Below, in pieces: positions 1 to 9,840 of a stretch of DNA of 64,000 bases. The DNA comes from an uncultured Candidatus Saccharibacteria bacterium (GTDB lineage: Bacteria; Patescibacteriota; UBA1384; XYA2-FULL-43-10; 1-14-0-10-43-13): contig CAYQPT010000002.1 of NCBI GenBank assembly GCA_964419835.1, positions 6,732 through 70,731 of the forward strand, in the 5' to 3' direction. The position numbers and the translations under genes were made by a program. Below the pieces are notes generated by a model. It saw only the letters and a list, made by a program, of their open reading frames with translations, had not been told where the DNA came from and did no database searches. How positions within the stretch are numbered: the first letter of the stretch is position 1; every line of letters begins with the position of its first letter.

Positions 1-69
1 ATAAAAGACGACCCGTTAAATGGTATTATTGTGGGCAAAATCTTGTAGTTCTGGATCCTCCAAGAAATA

Positions 70-1599
70 TTATAGGACTTTAAATATTGTATAACCCTCT
101 ATCGAATAAACCTCATTAAATAAATCCGGATTATGCTCCAGATTGGTTTTAAACACTGGATGATCAGATGCAACAATCACCCATTTTGCATTAAAGTCCC
201 TCTTTATTCTTTCCAATGCGGATGAATCCCTGCCGGAAGATATTCCCGAAAACTCTTTATATAACGACCCGTCATATCTATTCATAAATTCAGGATCAAG
301 CCCTACTATATAATAGTTTTTTTGATTTAAATAAAAATATAGTGGAAAAACATCCCAATCATCTGTAAAAACAATATCGCCTTTTTCAGAATTTTCAATT
401 AGAAAATTATTAGCTTTTTCAGCTGCACTCACATTAAAAAATGCACGAGTATCAGATAATCCCTTGTGCATTTGAGTGAAACTAAACTTTATTGAAACAA
501 CCGCTAGAACAATAAATAATAATATGGTGGTGGTTGTCTTTAAATTGATTCCAGACACTTTCCCCCTTAAAATCTTTTCCTCAAAGCAAGGTCCGGCTAG
601 GAAAATCCCTGACGCCACAGCCCAAAAGGGCCAATACTCAACATATCTTTTTGCTTTCCATTCCAATGCAAGTAAAATAAAACTAAATAAGACAAGCAAT
701 AATTCTTGAGAATTACTTTTTTGCTTTCTAATAAATCCGATCATTAAGCTTCCAAAAAATATTATCACTGGCACCAAGGAAGAAGTCAGCCAAAACCATG
801 TGTCATAGGGCCGCCATTCTCCACCTGAATAAGATTTTGCTCCAAGTCCTGTTTGAAATATTTGAACAATCAAAAAACTAATGTTGTGCGGGAAATACGG
901 ATTAATCACAAGCCCTAATACTGTCCCAATTAATATCGCTGCCGGTAATTTATAATCAATCTTTTCATCTGTAAAAATAAGTGCGATAAAATACAAGAAT
1001 GCTAGCACTGGCATAAATACAAATCCACCATACAGCCAGACAAAAAGAAATGATAAAACCAACAATCCCCAAAGTTTTTTCCGAAAAATTAAATAAACCG
1101 CCAGTGTCATCAGAAACAAGGCCGGCGCCTGTACTCGAACAAAAGACATCCGGAAATAAAAATCTGCCGGCATTATAAAAAAAGCGGCAATTGCGTAGAA
1201 TAAAGATAATTTCAATTTTTTTTCTTTAAAAATCAGAAATAAAAAGGAAAAAGAAAGGGCGACAAAAACAATTGTCATAATTTTGGCGCCATTGAAATCA
1301 CCGAAAACCTTGATAAAAGGAATTAGGATTAAGTGAAAAAGAAGCTGATGGTCAACAAAATTATTATTAAGTATGGTGTAGAACAAATAGGGGAAATGAT
1401 GCGGTATACCGTTTGCAAGTATAAACTTGGCCATTCCTACATGATAAAAGCTATCTTCTCCGGAGAGATTCGGCATTCTTAAATTAAACTGAAATCTTGA
1501 AAAAGCAGAAAAAATAACAAGAAAAGAAACATATATTTTTTGGCTAGTCAAAAAATTACTTAATATTTTAAGGTTTTTCATAGAGTTAAGATTTATCAA
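70..1599 (-). CDS. Polytopic membrane protein, probable GT-C fold glycosyltransferase
   Basis: About 12 hydrophobic segments, acidic first-loop motif (GEDSFYH), soluble C-terminal domain with DIVFTDDWD. Confidence 0.6.
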   Translation of the reverse strand: MINLNSMKNLKILSNFLTSQKIYVSFLVIFSAFSRFQFNLRMPNLSGEDSFYHVGMAKFILANGIPHHFPYLFYTILNNNFVDHQLLFHLILIPFIKVFGDFNGAKIMTIVFVALSFSFLFLIFKEKKLKLSLFYAIAAFFIMPADFYFRMSFVRVQAPALFLMTLAVYLIFRKKLWGLLVLSFLFVWLYGGFVFMPVLAFLYFIALIFTDEKIDYKLPAAILIGTVLGLVINPYFPHNISFLIVQIFQTGLGAKSYSGGEWRPYDTWFWLTSSLVPVIIFFGSLMIGFIRKQKSNSQELLLVLFSFILLALEWKAKRYVEYWPFWAVASGIFLAGPCFEEKILRGKVSGINLKTTTTILLFIVLAVVSIKFSFTQMHKGLSDTRAFFNVSAAEKANNFLIENSEKGDIVFTDDWDVFPLYFYLNQKNYYIVGLDPEFMNRYDGSLYKEFSGISSGRDSSALERIKRDFNAKWVIVASDHPVFKTNLEHNPDLFNEVYSIEGYTIFKVL

Positions 1600-1819
1600 T
1601 TATTTTAATTACTTTTTTTCTGCTTGTTAATCCTTTGGCAACTTGTATGCAACTTTGTGGAACACAAAAATATTTCGATAGCAGTTTTACAAGAGCCCTA
1701 TTCGCCTCCCCTTCTTTTGGTTGACCTTTCACCCAAACTTTTATACTGCCATCAATGCTTTTTTGGATTTGTTCAACCTTCGATCCGGGTACGACTTTTA
1801 CTATGATTGACTTTTCCAT
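1586..1819 (-). CDS. DUF167/YggU family protein
   Basis: VKVVPGSK...P.EGEAN.ALVKLLSKYF...KGLTSRKKV pattern, 77 aa. Confidence 0.85.
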   Translation of the reverse strand: MEKSIIVKVVPGSKVEQIQKSIDGSIKVWVKGQPKEGEANRALVKLLSKYFCVPQSCIQVAKGLTSRKKVIKIIDKS

Positions 1820-2256
1820 TATTTTTTTAGCTCAGAGTCCAACGCCTCGTTTACGAGCTTATCTGCCGCTTTATTTTCCTCACGGGGAATATGAACAAAG
1901 ATGATTTTTAAGTTAAATTCGCCTAATATTTCTCTAATTTGAGAGATAAATTCCTGAATATGCGGCTGTTTAATTTTATAATTACCATTTATCTGTTCCA
2001 CAACCAGTTTGCTATCAAGCCGACAAGTGATCTTCCCTCCGTCACCATTGTTTTCCCTAAACCAGTCACTTTTAGCAATGATTTGTAATGCTTTTACTAT
2101 AGCACTGTACTCAGCTTCGTTATTTGTGGCTGTGCCAATAAATTCTTTATAGGTGTGAATAACTTTTTCATGATCGTCAAAAAAGACAATCCCGATCCCT
2201 GCTGGACCAGGATTGCCCCTTGAACCGCCATCTGTGTTTATAAAAATCTCACCCAT
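1819..2256 (-). CDS. rnhA: Ribonuclease HI
   Basis: TDGGSRGNPGPAG, ATNNEAEY, DSKLVVEQ, HIPREEN..AD motifs. Confidence 0.92.
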   Translation of the reverse strand: MGEIFINTDGGSRGNPGPAGIGIVFFDDHEKVIHTYKEFIGTATNNEAEYSAIVKALQIIAKSDWFRENNGDGGKITCRLDSKLVVEQINGNYKIKQPHIQEFISQIREILGEFNLKIIFVHIPREENKAADKLVNEALDSELKK

Positions 2257-2338
2257 ATTTTCATCTCAAAAATTGATCAGACACCGCATATTACCAAGGT
2301 CACCCATTTGAATTATCAGGGGGGAGGGGATCGGTATC

Positions 2339-3001
2339 TCAGTCATCATCATGATAAGTACTCATCTCCGGTAAAATATACTTGCTCGCTCCCTCAAAAT
2401 ACCTCGGTCCCTTTAGACTGCTTTCATAATTGATAGAATTAACTCCATCGCTTTTACGGCCTGAAACATAATACCTTTCAGTTGGAATTGATGCCGTTCC
2501 ATTATATTGAAAAATATAAAATGACCTATCGCTCTTATATCTGGGATGTCTAGGGTTGGCAGTCAGCATTTGTTGCCCGCCGACATTTGATATCAATGCG
2601 ATAGAATTGTTATAACTTGAATACTGAGCCACGGTAGGATCGACATATCCAGAACCTGCAAGCGCCCGCTGTACAAATCCTAAATCAGGATTGCTATTAT
2701 CCGGATCACCCGGAACCAGAGAGCTGGGTGGTATGACCGCCGGGTTCCCTTCTGAATATGCCATTTCAGCCATTCGGGAAAGCTGGGATGTGTCGGCTAA
2801 TACTTTCGCATCATCTGCTTGGGCTCTTGCCTTGAGCACATTATAGATAACAATCGTAGCCAGGATTCCAATAATTGCTATTACAACTAAAAGCTCAATT
2901 AGCGTGAATCCTTTTCTTTTTTTTAGAAATCTAAAAAAATCTTTTAGCTTTCCTCTGGGACCTTGATTTTGGCTCAACATTTTCCTCCCTTTTAAAAACA
3001 C
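2339..3001 (-). CDS. Type IV pilin-like protein
   Basis: KGFTLIELLVVIAIIGILA class III signal; true start uncertain. Confidence 0.85.
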   Translation of the reverse strand: MFLKGRKMLSQNQGPRGKLKDFFRFLKKRKGFTLIELLVVIAIIGILATIVIYNVLKARAQADDAKVLADTSQLSRMAEMAYSEGNPAVIPPSSLVPGDPDNSNPDLGFVQRALAGSGYVDPTVAQYSSYNNSIALISNVGGQQMLTANPRHPRYKSDRSFYIFQYNGTASIPTERYYVSGRKSDGVNSINYESSLKGPRYFEGASKYILPEMSTYHDDD

Positions 3002-3021
3002 GTTAATAGTATCAAAACAAA

Positions 3022-4020
3022 TTAATTAACATTAAGCCCTAAGCCAATTTTTTCTTTTACCGTCTTTATTGTCTGGCTGGCAGTTTTGGCGGCTCTCTCA
3101 TTTCCCTTACCAAGAATTCCAATCAGCCCTTCCTCATCTCCTATTAGTTTATCATATTTTTCCTGTATAGGCGTTAAATGTTTAATAATCTGATCCGCCA
3201 ATTGCTCCTTAAACTCTCCGTAACTCTTACCGTCAAATTCTTTTTCCAACCCTGAGACAGATTTACCTGAAATTTCGCTGTATATATTTAAAAGATTTGT
3301 AATTGCCGGCTTGTCTTTGCTTGCTTTAATTTCGCTGCCTGAGTCCGTAACGGCCCGTTTAATTTTTTGTCTAATTAAATCTGCACTGTCAGTAAGCGCT
3401 ATGTAATTATAAATTGAACTGGCCGACTTGCTCATTTTCTTAGTCGGATCATCGAGCCCCATTATACGAGCAGAAGTTTCCTTTATAACCGGCTCTGGCA
3501 CAATAAAAGTTTGACCGAATTTGTTATTGAACCTCTGTGCTATGTCCCTTGTCAATTCGACATGCTGTTTCTGATCTTCACCAACCGGTACATCCGTTGT
3601 TTGGTAAAGTAGAATATCAGCCGCCATTAGAACAGGATAATCAAACAGTCCTACGGGAATATTCTGCTCGGAAAACTTGGTTGACTTGTCCTTGAATTGT
3701 GTCATTCGAGAAAGTTCGCCCACATTTGTAATGCAATTCAAAATCCAAGCCAATTCAGCATGCTCCGGACGGGAAGACTGCACAAAAATAATTGATTTTT
3801 CCGGATTAATTCCAGAAGCAATATAAAGTGCGGCTGTGGATAAAACGTTTTTCTTAAGTTCCGCCGGGTCCTGTGGAACAGTAATTGCATGCAAATCTAC
3901 AACACAGAAAATGGCCTCATCCACCTTATCTTGATGGGAAACCCATTGTTTAATCGCCCCAAGATAATTGCCTATGTGGATAACTCCGCTTGGCTGAATA
4001 CCTGAAAAAATTCTTTTCAT
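3022..4020 (-). CDS. trpS: Tryptophan--tRNA ligase
   Basis: SGIQPSG..HIGNY, GEDQKQH and KMSKS motifs. Confidence 0.97.
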   Translation of the reverse strand: MKRIFSGIQPSGVIHIGNYLGAIKQWVSHQDKVDEAIFCVVDLHAITVPQDPAELKKNVLSTAALYIASGINPEKSIIFVQSSRPEHAELAWILNCITNVGELSRMTQFKDKSTKFSEQNIPVGLFDYPVLMAADILLYQTTDVPVGEDQKQHVELTRDIAQRFNNKFGQTFIVPEPVIKETSARIMGLDDPTKKMSKSASSIYNYIALTDSADLIRQKIKRAVTDSGSEIKASKDKPAITNLLNIYSEISGKSVSGLEKEFDGKSYGEFKEQLADQIIKHLTPIQEKYDKLIGDEEGLIGILGKGNERAAKTASQTIKTVKEKIGLGLNVN

Positions 4021-4079
4021 AATATTTTACTCAATAATTTTAAACTAAGCATATCGGAAATATCTGACCAGAGCAATAT

Positions 4080-4856
4080 TTAATTATTATAGCTCCTTGA
4101 TGTTACTGACGAACGAATCATTGCCTTGGCGCCACGAACTTGATCCGTATTATAATCAGGACTTTTTGCTGTTATCATAAATTGAACATAGGGCTGACTT
4201 GCGGTTGCACTGGTATCATCGGGCGCATATCCTGCCATTGCCAATACAACACTGAGCTGTGTGGAGGATATCCTGTTATTATCGTTAGCTCCAGCGCCCA
4301 AAACTAACACTTCGGATATATCCGCTTCCGTGAGAATATAAACTGATCCGTCCGGATTTAATCTGCCATGTTCACCGTAAAAAACTCCGAAAGGGTTAGC
4401 GACAGCTGTTGAAGTAAAATAAATTTTATATTTGTCGGTTGTCCCTAGAATTAATATCTGAGCACCATTGCCGCTAAGAACCTCACCGGGTAATTCGGTT
4501 GATGGATCCCGATTGAGGGCAAACAAGCAAGTCTGATTGATAATATAATTCTGATTTGCGTTCAACATCGCAATCCCATTTTTAAACTGACGGGTAGAGA
4601 TCGTTACATCATCATCATGCGCCTCAATTTTAATCTCTTGATTTGCCGACCTTACATCACGAGTGACCATATCTGCTAATCTCCTAGTTTCTTCATTTAC
4701 TTCACGCATTATCTTTAATTTGGTTCTGTAACTGCTGCTTTGAGCTACAGTAGCGGTCGTCATTATCATAATAATAGTAAAAATAGAGGTGGCCACTAAA
4801 ACCTCAAGGAGCGTGAAACCCTGTTTGAATTTTTTTATTTTATTTGTTGATCCCAT
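4080..4856 (-). CDS. Minor pilin (PilW/PulJ-like)
   Basis: QGFTLLEVLVATSIF signal; position among minor pilins. Confidence 0.75.
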   Translation of the reverse strand: MGSTNKIKKFKQGFTLLEVLVATSIFTIIMIMTTATVAQSSSYRTKLKIMREVNEETRRLADMVTRDVRSANQEIKIEAHDDDVTISTRQFKNGIAMLNANQNYIINQTCLFALNRDPSTELPGEVLSGNGAQILILGTTDKYKIYFTSTAVANPFGVFYGEHGRLNPDGSVYILTEADISEVLVLGAGANDNNRISSTQLSVVLAMAGYAPDDTSATASQPYVQFMITAKSPDYNTDQVRGAKAMIRSSVTSRSYNN

Positions 4857-4870
4857 GATTCTTAATTCAT

Positions 4871-4886
4871 TCCGCCAGCTGGCGGA
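4871..4886. repeat. 16-bp perfect palindrome TCCGCCAGCTGGCGGA flanked by TCAT direct repeats
   Basis: tcat[tccgccagctggcgga]tcat; identical copy at 62693-62708. Confidence 0.85.
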
Positions 4887-4894
4887 TCATAATT

Positions 4895-5461
4895 TTAATA
4901 ATTTGGTCGCCAATTTGTTATAACCTCGCTTGCAGATATTGATTTATTGCCTGTTACGTTGTCAAAGCTGACCGTAACCGTAATTTTTAACGCATTGTTT
5001 ACCGCATCAATTGCAGCATTGGGACCATCAGGAAGTATGGTGTCTGCGACTATTGGGGCGACATTAATAATTCTAGAGTAGCTTGTGTTGTTTATTGAGA
5101 TGGTTTCTCCTACCCCAGAAGCGGTCAGACCATACCGGCCTCCATTTATAGACAAGATATAATTCCCGTTTGAAGTTATCGGAGTTAAGACAGATGGAGT
5201 ACCATTCCATGCTAAAGAATTCCATTGTGTTGTATTGGCTCCATCAATCCAGTTTGTATCGCGAATCTGGCGAACATGCTCTATCCCCTCTTGTGCCAAA
5301 AATGTTGCTTGCGCCCTCTGCTGAATATAAACACTATTTGCCAAAGCAGTCTTTCCGACAAAAACCAAGGCCATCAGAATCGTAATGATAATTACCGCCG
5401 ATACCAAAACTTCCAGTATCCCAAATCCTTTTTTAAATTTTTCTTTTTTAAAATATTTCAT
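4895..5461 (-). CDS. Minor pilin (PilV-like)
   Basis: KGFGILEVLVS signal and ATFLAQEGIE.VRQIRD motif. Confidence 0.8.
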   Translation of the reverse strand: MKYFKKEKFKKGFGILEVLVSAVIIITILMALVFVGKTALANSVYIQQRAQATFLAQEGIEHVRQIRDTNWIDGANTTQWNSLAWNGTPSVLTPITSNGNYILSINGGRYGLTASGVGETISINNTSYSRIINVAPIVADTILPDGPNAAIDAVNNALKITVTVSFDNVTGNKSISASEVITNWRPNY

Positions 5462-5464
5462 ATT

Positions 5465-5986
5465 TTAATGAACGGTCACACGAAAAGGTTCGTAATCAAT
5501 TTTAAAGCTTGCCGTGCCATCGTCACCTGCATTACCACCAGTTATTGTAATGTAGTCATCCTTAAATTTATTAATTGTCGGAGGATTGGGGCACACCCCT
5601 ATGGTAGGCGTTGCTGGCATCTTGCAGCAAAAATCGGCAGGAGTATCACAAACAAGAAAATTATTGGCTGCTACACCATTAATCGCAATCGCATAGCTGC
5701 TTGGCAAAGTAATTTTTTTTATTAACTCGCCCGTACCATCATTTTCATGCAACTCGATGGTTTTGGCAATGGTGTCAGCTTTAATAACATATCTAGATAT
5801 ACCCTGCTTCGGATTTTTTGCCATATTGCCCATTTGTTCAATCAAGGACTTGACTTCGATTGAACGCAAATTAAACTCGCTTCTTGCTCCGTATCTCGAG
5901 AAGAACGGGATAGTTAAAACCGTCATCAAACCAATAATTGCGCAAACTATTAGAAGCTCTATCAGAGTAAAAGCTTTATATTTCAT
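5465..5986 (-). CDS. Minor pilin (FimT/GspH-like)
   Basis: MKYKAFTLIELLIV; start moved to 5986 because the upstream extension runs through a repeat tract and overlaps pilD. Confidence 0.75.
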   Translation of the reverse strand: MKYKAFTLIELLIVCAIIGLMTVLTIPFFSRYGARSEFNLRSIEVKSLIEQMGNMAKNPKQGISRYVIKADTIAKTIELHENDGTGELIKKITLPSSYAIAINGVAANNFLVCDTPADFCCKMPATPTIGVCPNPPTINKFKDDYITITGGNAGDDGTASFKIDYEPFRVTVH

Positions 5987-6075
5987 ATATGAACCATTTC
6001 TAACATGTATTAATTGGCTAAATGATAAATGATAAACAAATGAACAATGTGAAATGATAAATGGAAAATGATATT

Positions 6076-6837
6076 TCACCTTAAAAATGAACCAAAATAC
6101 CAACTTGTTATAATATTCCCAAAAAGTAAAGTTAGAAATGAGGCCAAAATTAAAAACGGAGCAAAAGGTAGAGAATCCTTTATTGTTTTATTTGCAATTT
6201 TTATATAAATCAGTCCTGCAATTGAGCCAAGCAAAAAAGCTAAAAACAAGCCAAAAACGGCTAAATGTAGACCGACTAAAAGCCCTAAAATTATCCCTAT
6301 TTTAATATCACCCGCACCCATCCATTTTTCCTTAGATACATAGACCAGTAAAGCCAAACTTCCACCGCCAATCAACCCGCCGTAAATCATATTCATAAAT
6401 CCCAAATTGCCAAAATACCAGCTCCCCAAAAAAGTTAATATGAGAGCAATCCAGACAAATATCTCCGGAGTTAATTCTGTTTTAAGGTCGTAAACAAAAA
6501 CCACCACTAAAAGGGAGAAGATTATCATATAAAATATTGCCGCCAACGAAAGGCCAAAACTCAAATACAGGAGCAAAAAGGAAAGTCCTGTTCCAATCTC
6601 TACCAATGGATACTGCCATGAAATGCTCTTACCGCAGTAACGGCATTTCGCACGAAGTAAAACAAAAGAAATAAAAGGAATTAAGTCGTACCACCCCAGA
6701 ATTTGCTTGCAATGAGGACAATGCGAACGAGAATTTAGAATAGACTTTAGGTCGTCCATTCTAAAAATGATAACATTTAAAAAACTGCCTATCACAAGAC
6801 CAATGACGAGAAACAAAAGGGAAAGTGAAATGTTCAT
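6076..6837 (-). CDS. pilD: Prepilin peptidase
   Basis: GSFLNV, RSHCPHC, RAKCRYC, MGAGDIK and PFAPFL motifs. Confidence 0.95.
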   Translation of the reverse strand: MNISLSLLFLVIGLVIGSFLNVIIFRMDDLKSILNSRSHCPHCKQILGWYDLIPFISFVLLRAKCRYCGKSISWQYPLVEIGTGLSFLLLYLSFGLSLAAIFYMIIFSLLVVVFVYDLKTELTPEIFVWIALILTFLGSWYFGNLGFMNMIYGGLIGGGSLALLVYVSKEKWMGAGDIKIGIILGLLVGLHLAVFGLFLAFLLGSIAGLIYIKIANKTIKDSLPFAPFLILASFLTLLFGNIITSWYFGSFLR

Positions 6838-6840
6838 ATT

Positions 6841-7320
6841 TAAATCCTAAATCCAAATTTCTAATGACTAATAAAATTTTAAATTAATAAATGTCAAAGT
6901 TACTTTTTTCTTGACTTATTCACGATTGATGAAAAAATTAAATTTAATTCGTTAGCTTCTTTCCAGAGTTTTCTGGAATCGTCTTTTGTTTCAGGTACTG
7001 CCTTAGTGATTATTCTAAACCAATATTTTGTCTCTTTTGATTCTTTTTTACATATTCCCAGTTTGTGTTCAAAATCCTTCTTGGTTTCCGCACAATCTGC
7101 TTCACAATAATTCGCTCCTATACTTGTACCTGATCTAATCAACTGTGTTATTAAGGGTCGTGTAATTTCATGTCTGGGTAGCTTGTTGCAAAATTCTATG
7201 ATCGCTTCTGCAAATTTGGCCGTTCTCTCTTCAAGATCATATTTTTTATTCTCAGGTCCCTCGTTTGACATTTTGGCTTCGGACTTTTATTTGAAATTTG
7301 TAATTAGGATTTTGGAATTA
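6841..7320. mobile_element. Heptamer-periodic inverted-repeat element enclosing a four-helix-bundle gene (putative)
   Basis: Arms 6841-6898 and 7264-7320 share the layout 4x7-mer + TAAAA + 3 units ending TGTCAAA, in inverted orientation. Confidence 0.6.
6900..7271 (-). CDS. Four helix bundle protein (23S rRNA IVS protein/bAvd-like fold)
   Basis: YDLEERT..F, QLIRSGTSIGANY.EA, DFEHKLGICKKE.KET.YW motifs. Confidence 0.9.
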   Translation of the reverse strand: MSNEGPENKKYDLEERTAKFAEAIIEFCNKLPRHEITRPLITQLIRSGTSIGANYCEADCAETKKDFEHKLGICKKESKETKYWFRIITKAVPETKDDSRKLWKEANELNLIFSSIVNKSRKK

Positions 7321-7425
7321 AACTAATCTAATTATTCTAATTGAAAACTTAATTAATCTTTTCTCAAAATCATTTTTGAATTTTGAACTGTCATTTTGCA
7401 TTTTGAGTTTTGAGATTTAAATTTC

Positions 7426-7932
7426 CTAATCATTCTGCTCTGAAAAATTATATGCGGAGCCCGGCATGTCTCCTCCGAGCGGGTTCGTTTTATTTATCTC
7501 TCCATCGGATTTATTTTCTAATGCACAAAATAAAGCAAAATTCTGAGCATTACCTTCCACCCCATCCGTCTGATACAAGTAATTGTTTTGTCCCGTTGGA
7601 TCAGAAGGAACCGTTTTCATGTATGTGCTATCAAGCCCTGTATTTTCGGCGGTTACTACAACGGCAGATTTTTGATATTTGAAGGTATTTGGATTCTTGT
7701 CAGCATAATAAATACTGAGCGTTTTTTTTATTTGGGTAAGATCACTTTTTCTTTGTGCATCGCGGGTTTTCATTTTTGCATTGGATATTGCAACTAAAAT
7801 CATTGACGCCAAAATCCCGATGATGGCGATCACTACTAACAGTTCGATAAGCGTAAAGCCACGCTTACTCACTGCAAGCAATTCAATTAAGGTAAATCCT
7901 TTTCTTCTCATCTGGAATATCTTGTTTATCAT
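7426..7932 (-). CDS. Pilin/pseudopilin (GspG-like) with tandem prepilin motifs
   Basis: KGFTLIELL...RGFTLIELLVVIAII; RDAQRKSDL; P.DP motif. Confidence 0.85.
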   Translation of the reverse strand: MINKIFQMRRKGFTLIELLAVSKRGFTLIELLVVIAIIGILASMILVAISNAKMKTRDAQRKSDLTQIKKTLSIYYADKNPNTFKYQKSAVVVTAENTGLDSTYMKTVPSDPTGQNNYLYQTDGVEGNAQNFALFCALENKSDGEINKTNPLGGDMPGSAYNFSEQND

Positions 7933-8072
7933 TCGAACAAAGTGAGAACTAAAAATACTTGTTAAACTTCTCGTCCTTCTTCTTTCGAAAAATATTTCTT
8001 TTTAGCCCTTCAGTTGCTAGAGAAATTACCCGTTCGACTTTGCTCAGGGCAGGGTTTCTCTAGCATAGAAAA

Positions 8073-8498
8073 CTAAAATCCAGATTTGGTAGAGCCAGAA
8101 AAACCACCAGCAATTGTTTTTGCGGGAGTAGATCCATCGTTTGCAGCCAATGTCCAGTCTGCAGCCCCTGCAGCAGATGCAGCAGTGTTGCCTGAAGCTG
8201 AATAAGCCCAAGATCCATAGCCGTTTGCACCCGATAAAGTCGGCCAGCTGCCGGTCGCCACAGTGCTTCCTGTGCAGATTGTGGCTCCGTTTGCAGGCTT
8301 GACAACTGCTTCGCTATTTGTTGTGCAGATTGAAGCCGTCTTTGCAGCTTGTTGTAAATCGGCAAATGCCTTGGTATCAATTGCTTTTGTTCTTGCGCCG
8401 GCAACATTGATGATAATGATGGTTGCCAAAATACCAATGATAGCAATAACAACCAACAACTCGATTAAGGTAAAACCTTTTTTAAACATTTTTTTCAT
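8073..8498 (-). CDS. Probable major type IV pilin
   Basis: KGFTLIELLVVIAIIGILA, short Ala/Gly/Thr-rich head; GGAGG RBS before ATG at 8498; directly downstream of pilC. Confidence 0.8.
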   Translation of the reverse strand: MKKMFKKGFTLIELLVVIAIIGILATIIIINVAGARTKAIDTKAFADLQQAAKTASICTTNSEAVVKPANGATICTGSTVATGSWPTLSGANGYGSWAYSASGNTAASAAGAADWTLAANDGSTPAKTIAGGFSGSTKSGF

Positions 8499-8603
8499 TT
8501 TTTTCCTCCTCCCTGTTAAGCATCCTCGAGGATACACTTAAGCAGGGTAAATTATTACTGCCCGATCGACCTGACAGGCGATTTTTATAAATAACTCTAA
8601 CTT

Positions 8604-9809
8604 CTATTTCAACTGTGCAATATTATAAATTGGCACCAAAACGGCAAAAACCAAAAAGGCAACGCCTACTCCCATTATGACCAAAACAACCGGCTCAACT
8701 AAAGTGGAAATAGTTTTAATCATTTGGTCAGTTGCTTCCTCGTAATAATCAGCCACCTTGTTTAGCACTCCATCTAACTGTCCCGTTTCTTCTCCAACTG
8801 CCGCCATCTGCCCCACAAAAGCCGGAAAGGTCGGGTCTTTTGACAACTGGACTGACAATGGCACGCCTTTTTCAACCTGACTAGCTGCGTGCGAAATACT
8901 CTCTTCAAAAACAATGTTATTCATCACACTTCCGCCAATTTTTAATGCATCCAAAAGTGGCACTCCTGCTCCAATCAACATGGCCATAACTTTGGAAAAG
9001 CGATACATGTAGATGCCTTCAAAAACTTTTTTAATCACAGGAATTTTAAGCTGAAGCTCATCTTTCGTTCTCGCTCCGGTATTTGAACTTAGCCAGAATT
9101 TCAAAAAAACCACTAAGGCAATGGCTATCAAAAGAACGAGCCACCACTTTGTTTGAACAAACCCCGAAAGGGCAAGCAACATTCTTGTGGCTAGGGGCAA
9201 ATTTGCACCGGCGCTATCAAAAACAGTTTTTAACTGTGGGATAACTACTAAAAGCATATATGTTCCAATCCCCAACAATGCAACCAAAATGAAACCGGGG
9301 TAGTACATTGCCCCTTTTACCTTGCCGTTAAAATTGTTGTCATTTTCCAATTGATCCGCCTGTTGCTTTAATACAACATCAAGTTTGCCCGTACTCTCCC
9401 CCGCCGTCACAATAGAAATAAATACTTTATCAAAAGCTTCCGGATGCTTTGCTAAGGCGTTAGAAAAACTCATTCCTTCTTCTAGATCCTTGAATATTTC
9501 AGTATATATGCTTCGTAAATAGTCAGTTCGGGCTTGGGTGCTAGTAATCTTAATTGCCTTAGGAAGGGGAAGTCCGGCCGAGATCATTGTTGAAATTTGC
9601 CTTGCAAAGATGGAGCGGTCTTTAGCATTTACCTTTTTGCCAAATCCTATCACCCTGCTATTGGAACTGCCTTTTTCAGAAGTAATATCTAAAGTAATTA
9701 AATTGTGTTTAACTAAAATACCCTCCGCCTCACTCTGACTTGCAGCTTTGACAGTACCGGTAATAATTTCGTTCCTACTATTTTTTGCTCTGTATAGAAA
9801 AGTTTTCAT
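8604..9809 (-). CDS. pilC: Type IV pilus platform protein (GspF family)
   Basis: Two T2SSF repeats: AGESTGKLD and VGEETGQLD; EP..LV.MG. Confidence 0.93.
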   Translation of the reverse strand: MKTFLYRAKNSRNEIITGTVKAASQSEAEGILVKHNLITLDITSEKGSSNSRVIGFGKKVNAKDRSIFARQISTMISAGLPLPKAIKITSTQARTDYLRSIYTEIFKDLEEGMSFSNALAKHPEAFDKVFISIVTAGESTGKLDVVLKQQADQLENDNNFNGKVKGAMYYPGFILVALLGIGTYMLLVVIPQLKTVFDSAGANLPLATRMLLALSGFVQTKWWLVLLIAIALVVFLKFWLSSNTGARTKDELQLKIPVIKKVFEGIYMYRFSKVMAMLIGAGVPLLDALKIGGSVMNNIVFEESISHAASQVEKGVPLSVQLSKDPTFPAFVGQMAAVGEETGQLDGVLNKVADYYEEATDQMIKTISTLVEPVVLVIMGVGVAFLVFAVLVPIYNIAQLK

Positions 9810-9840
9810 TTAGCTTAATGCTTACTGAATTACTGCTTAG

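Noticed and set aside
6900-7271. Diversity-generating retroelement suggested by the Avd-like fold near pilins
   Set aside because: No reverse transcriptase and no template/variable repeat pair with adenine-specific mismatches was seen.
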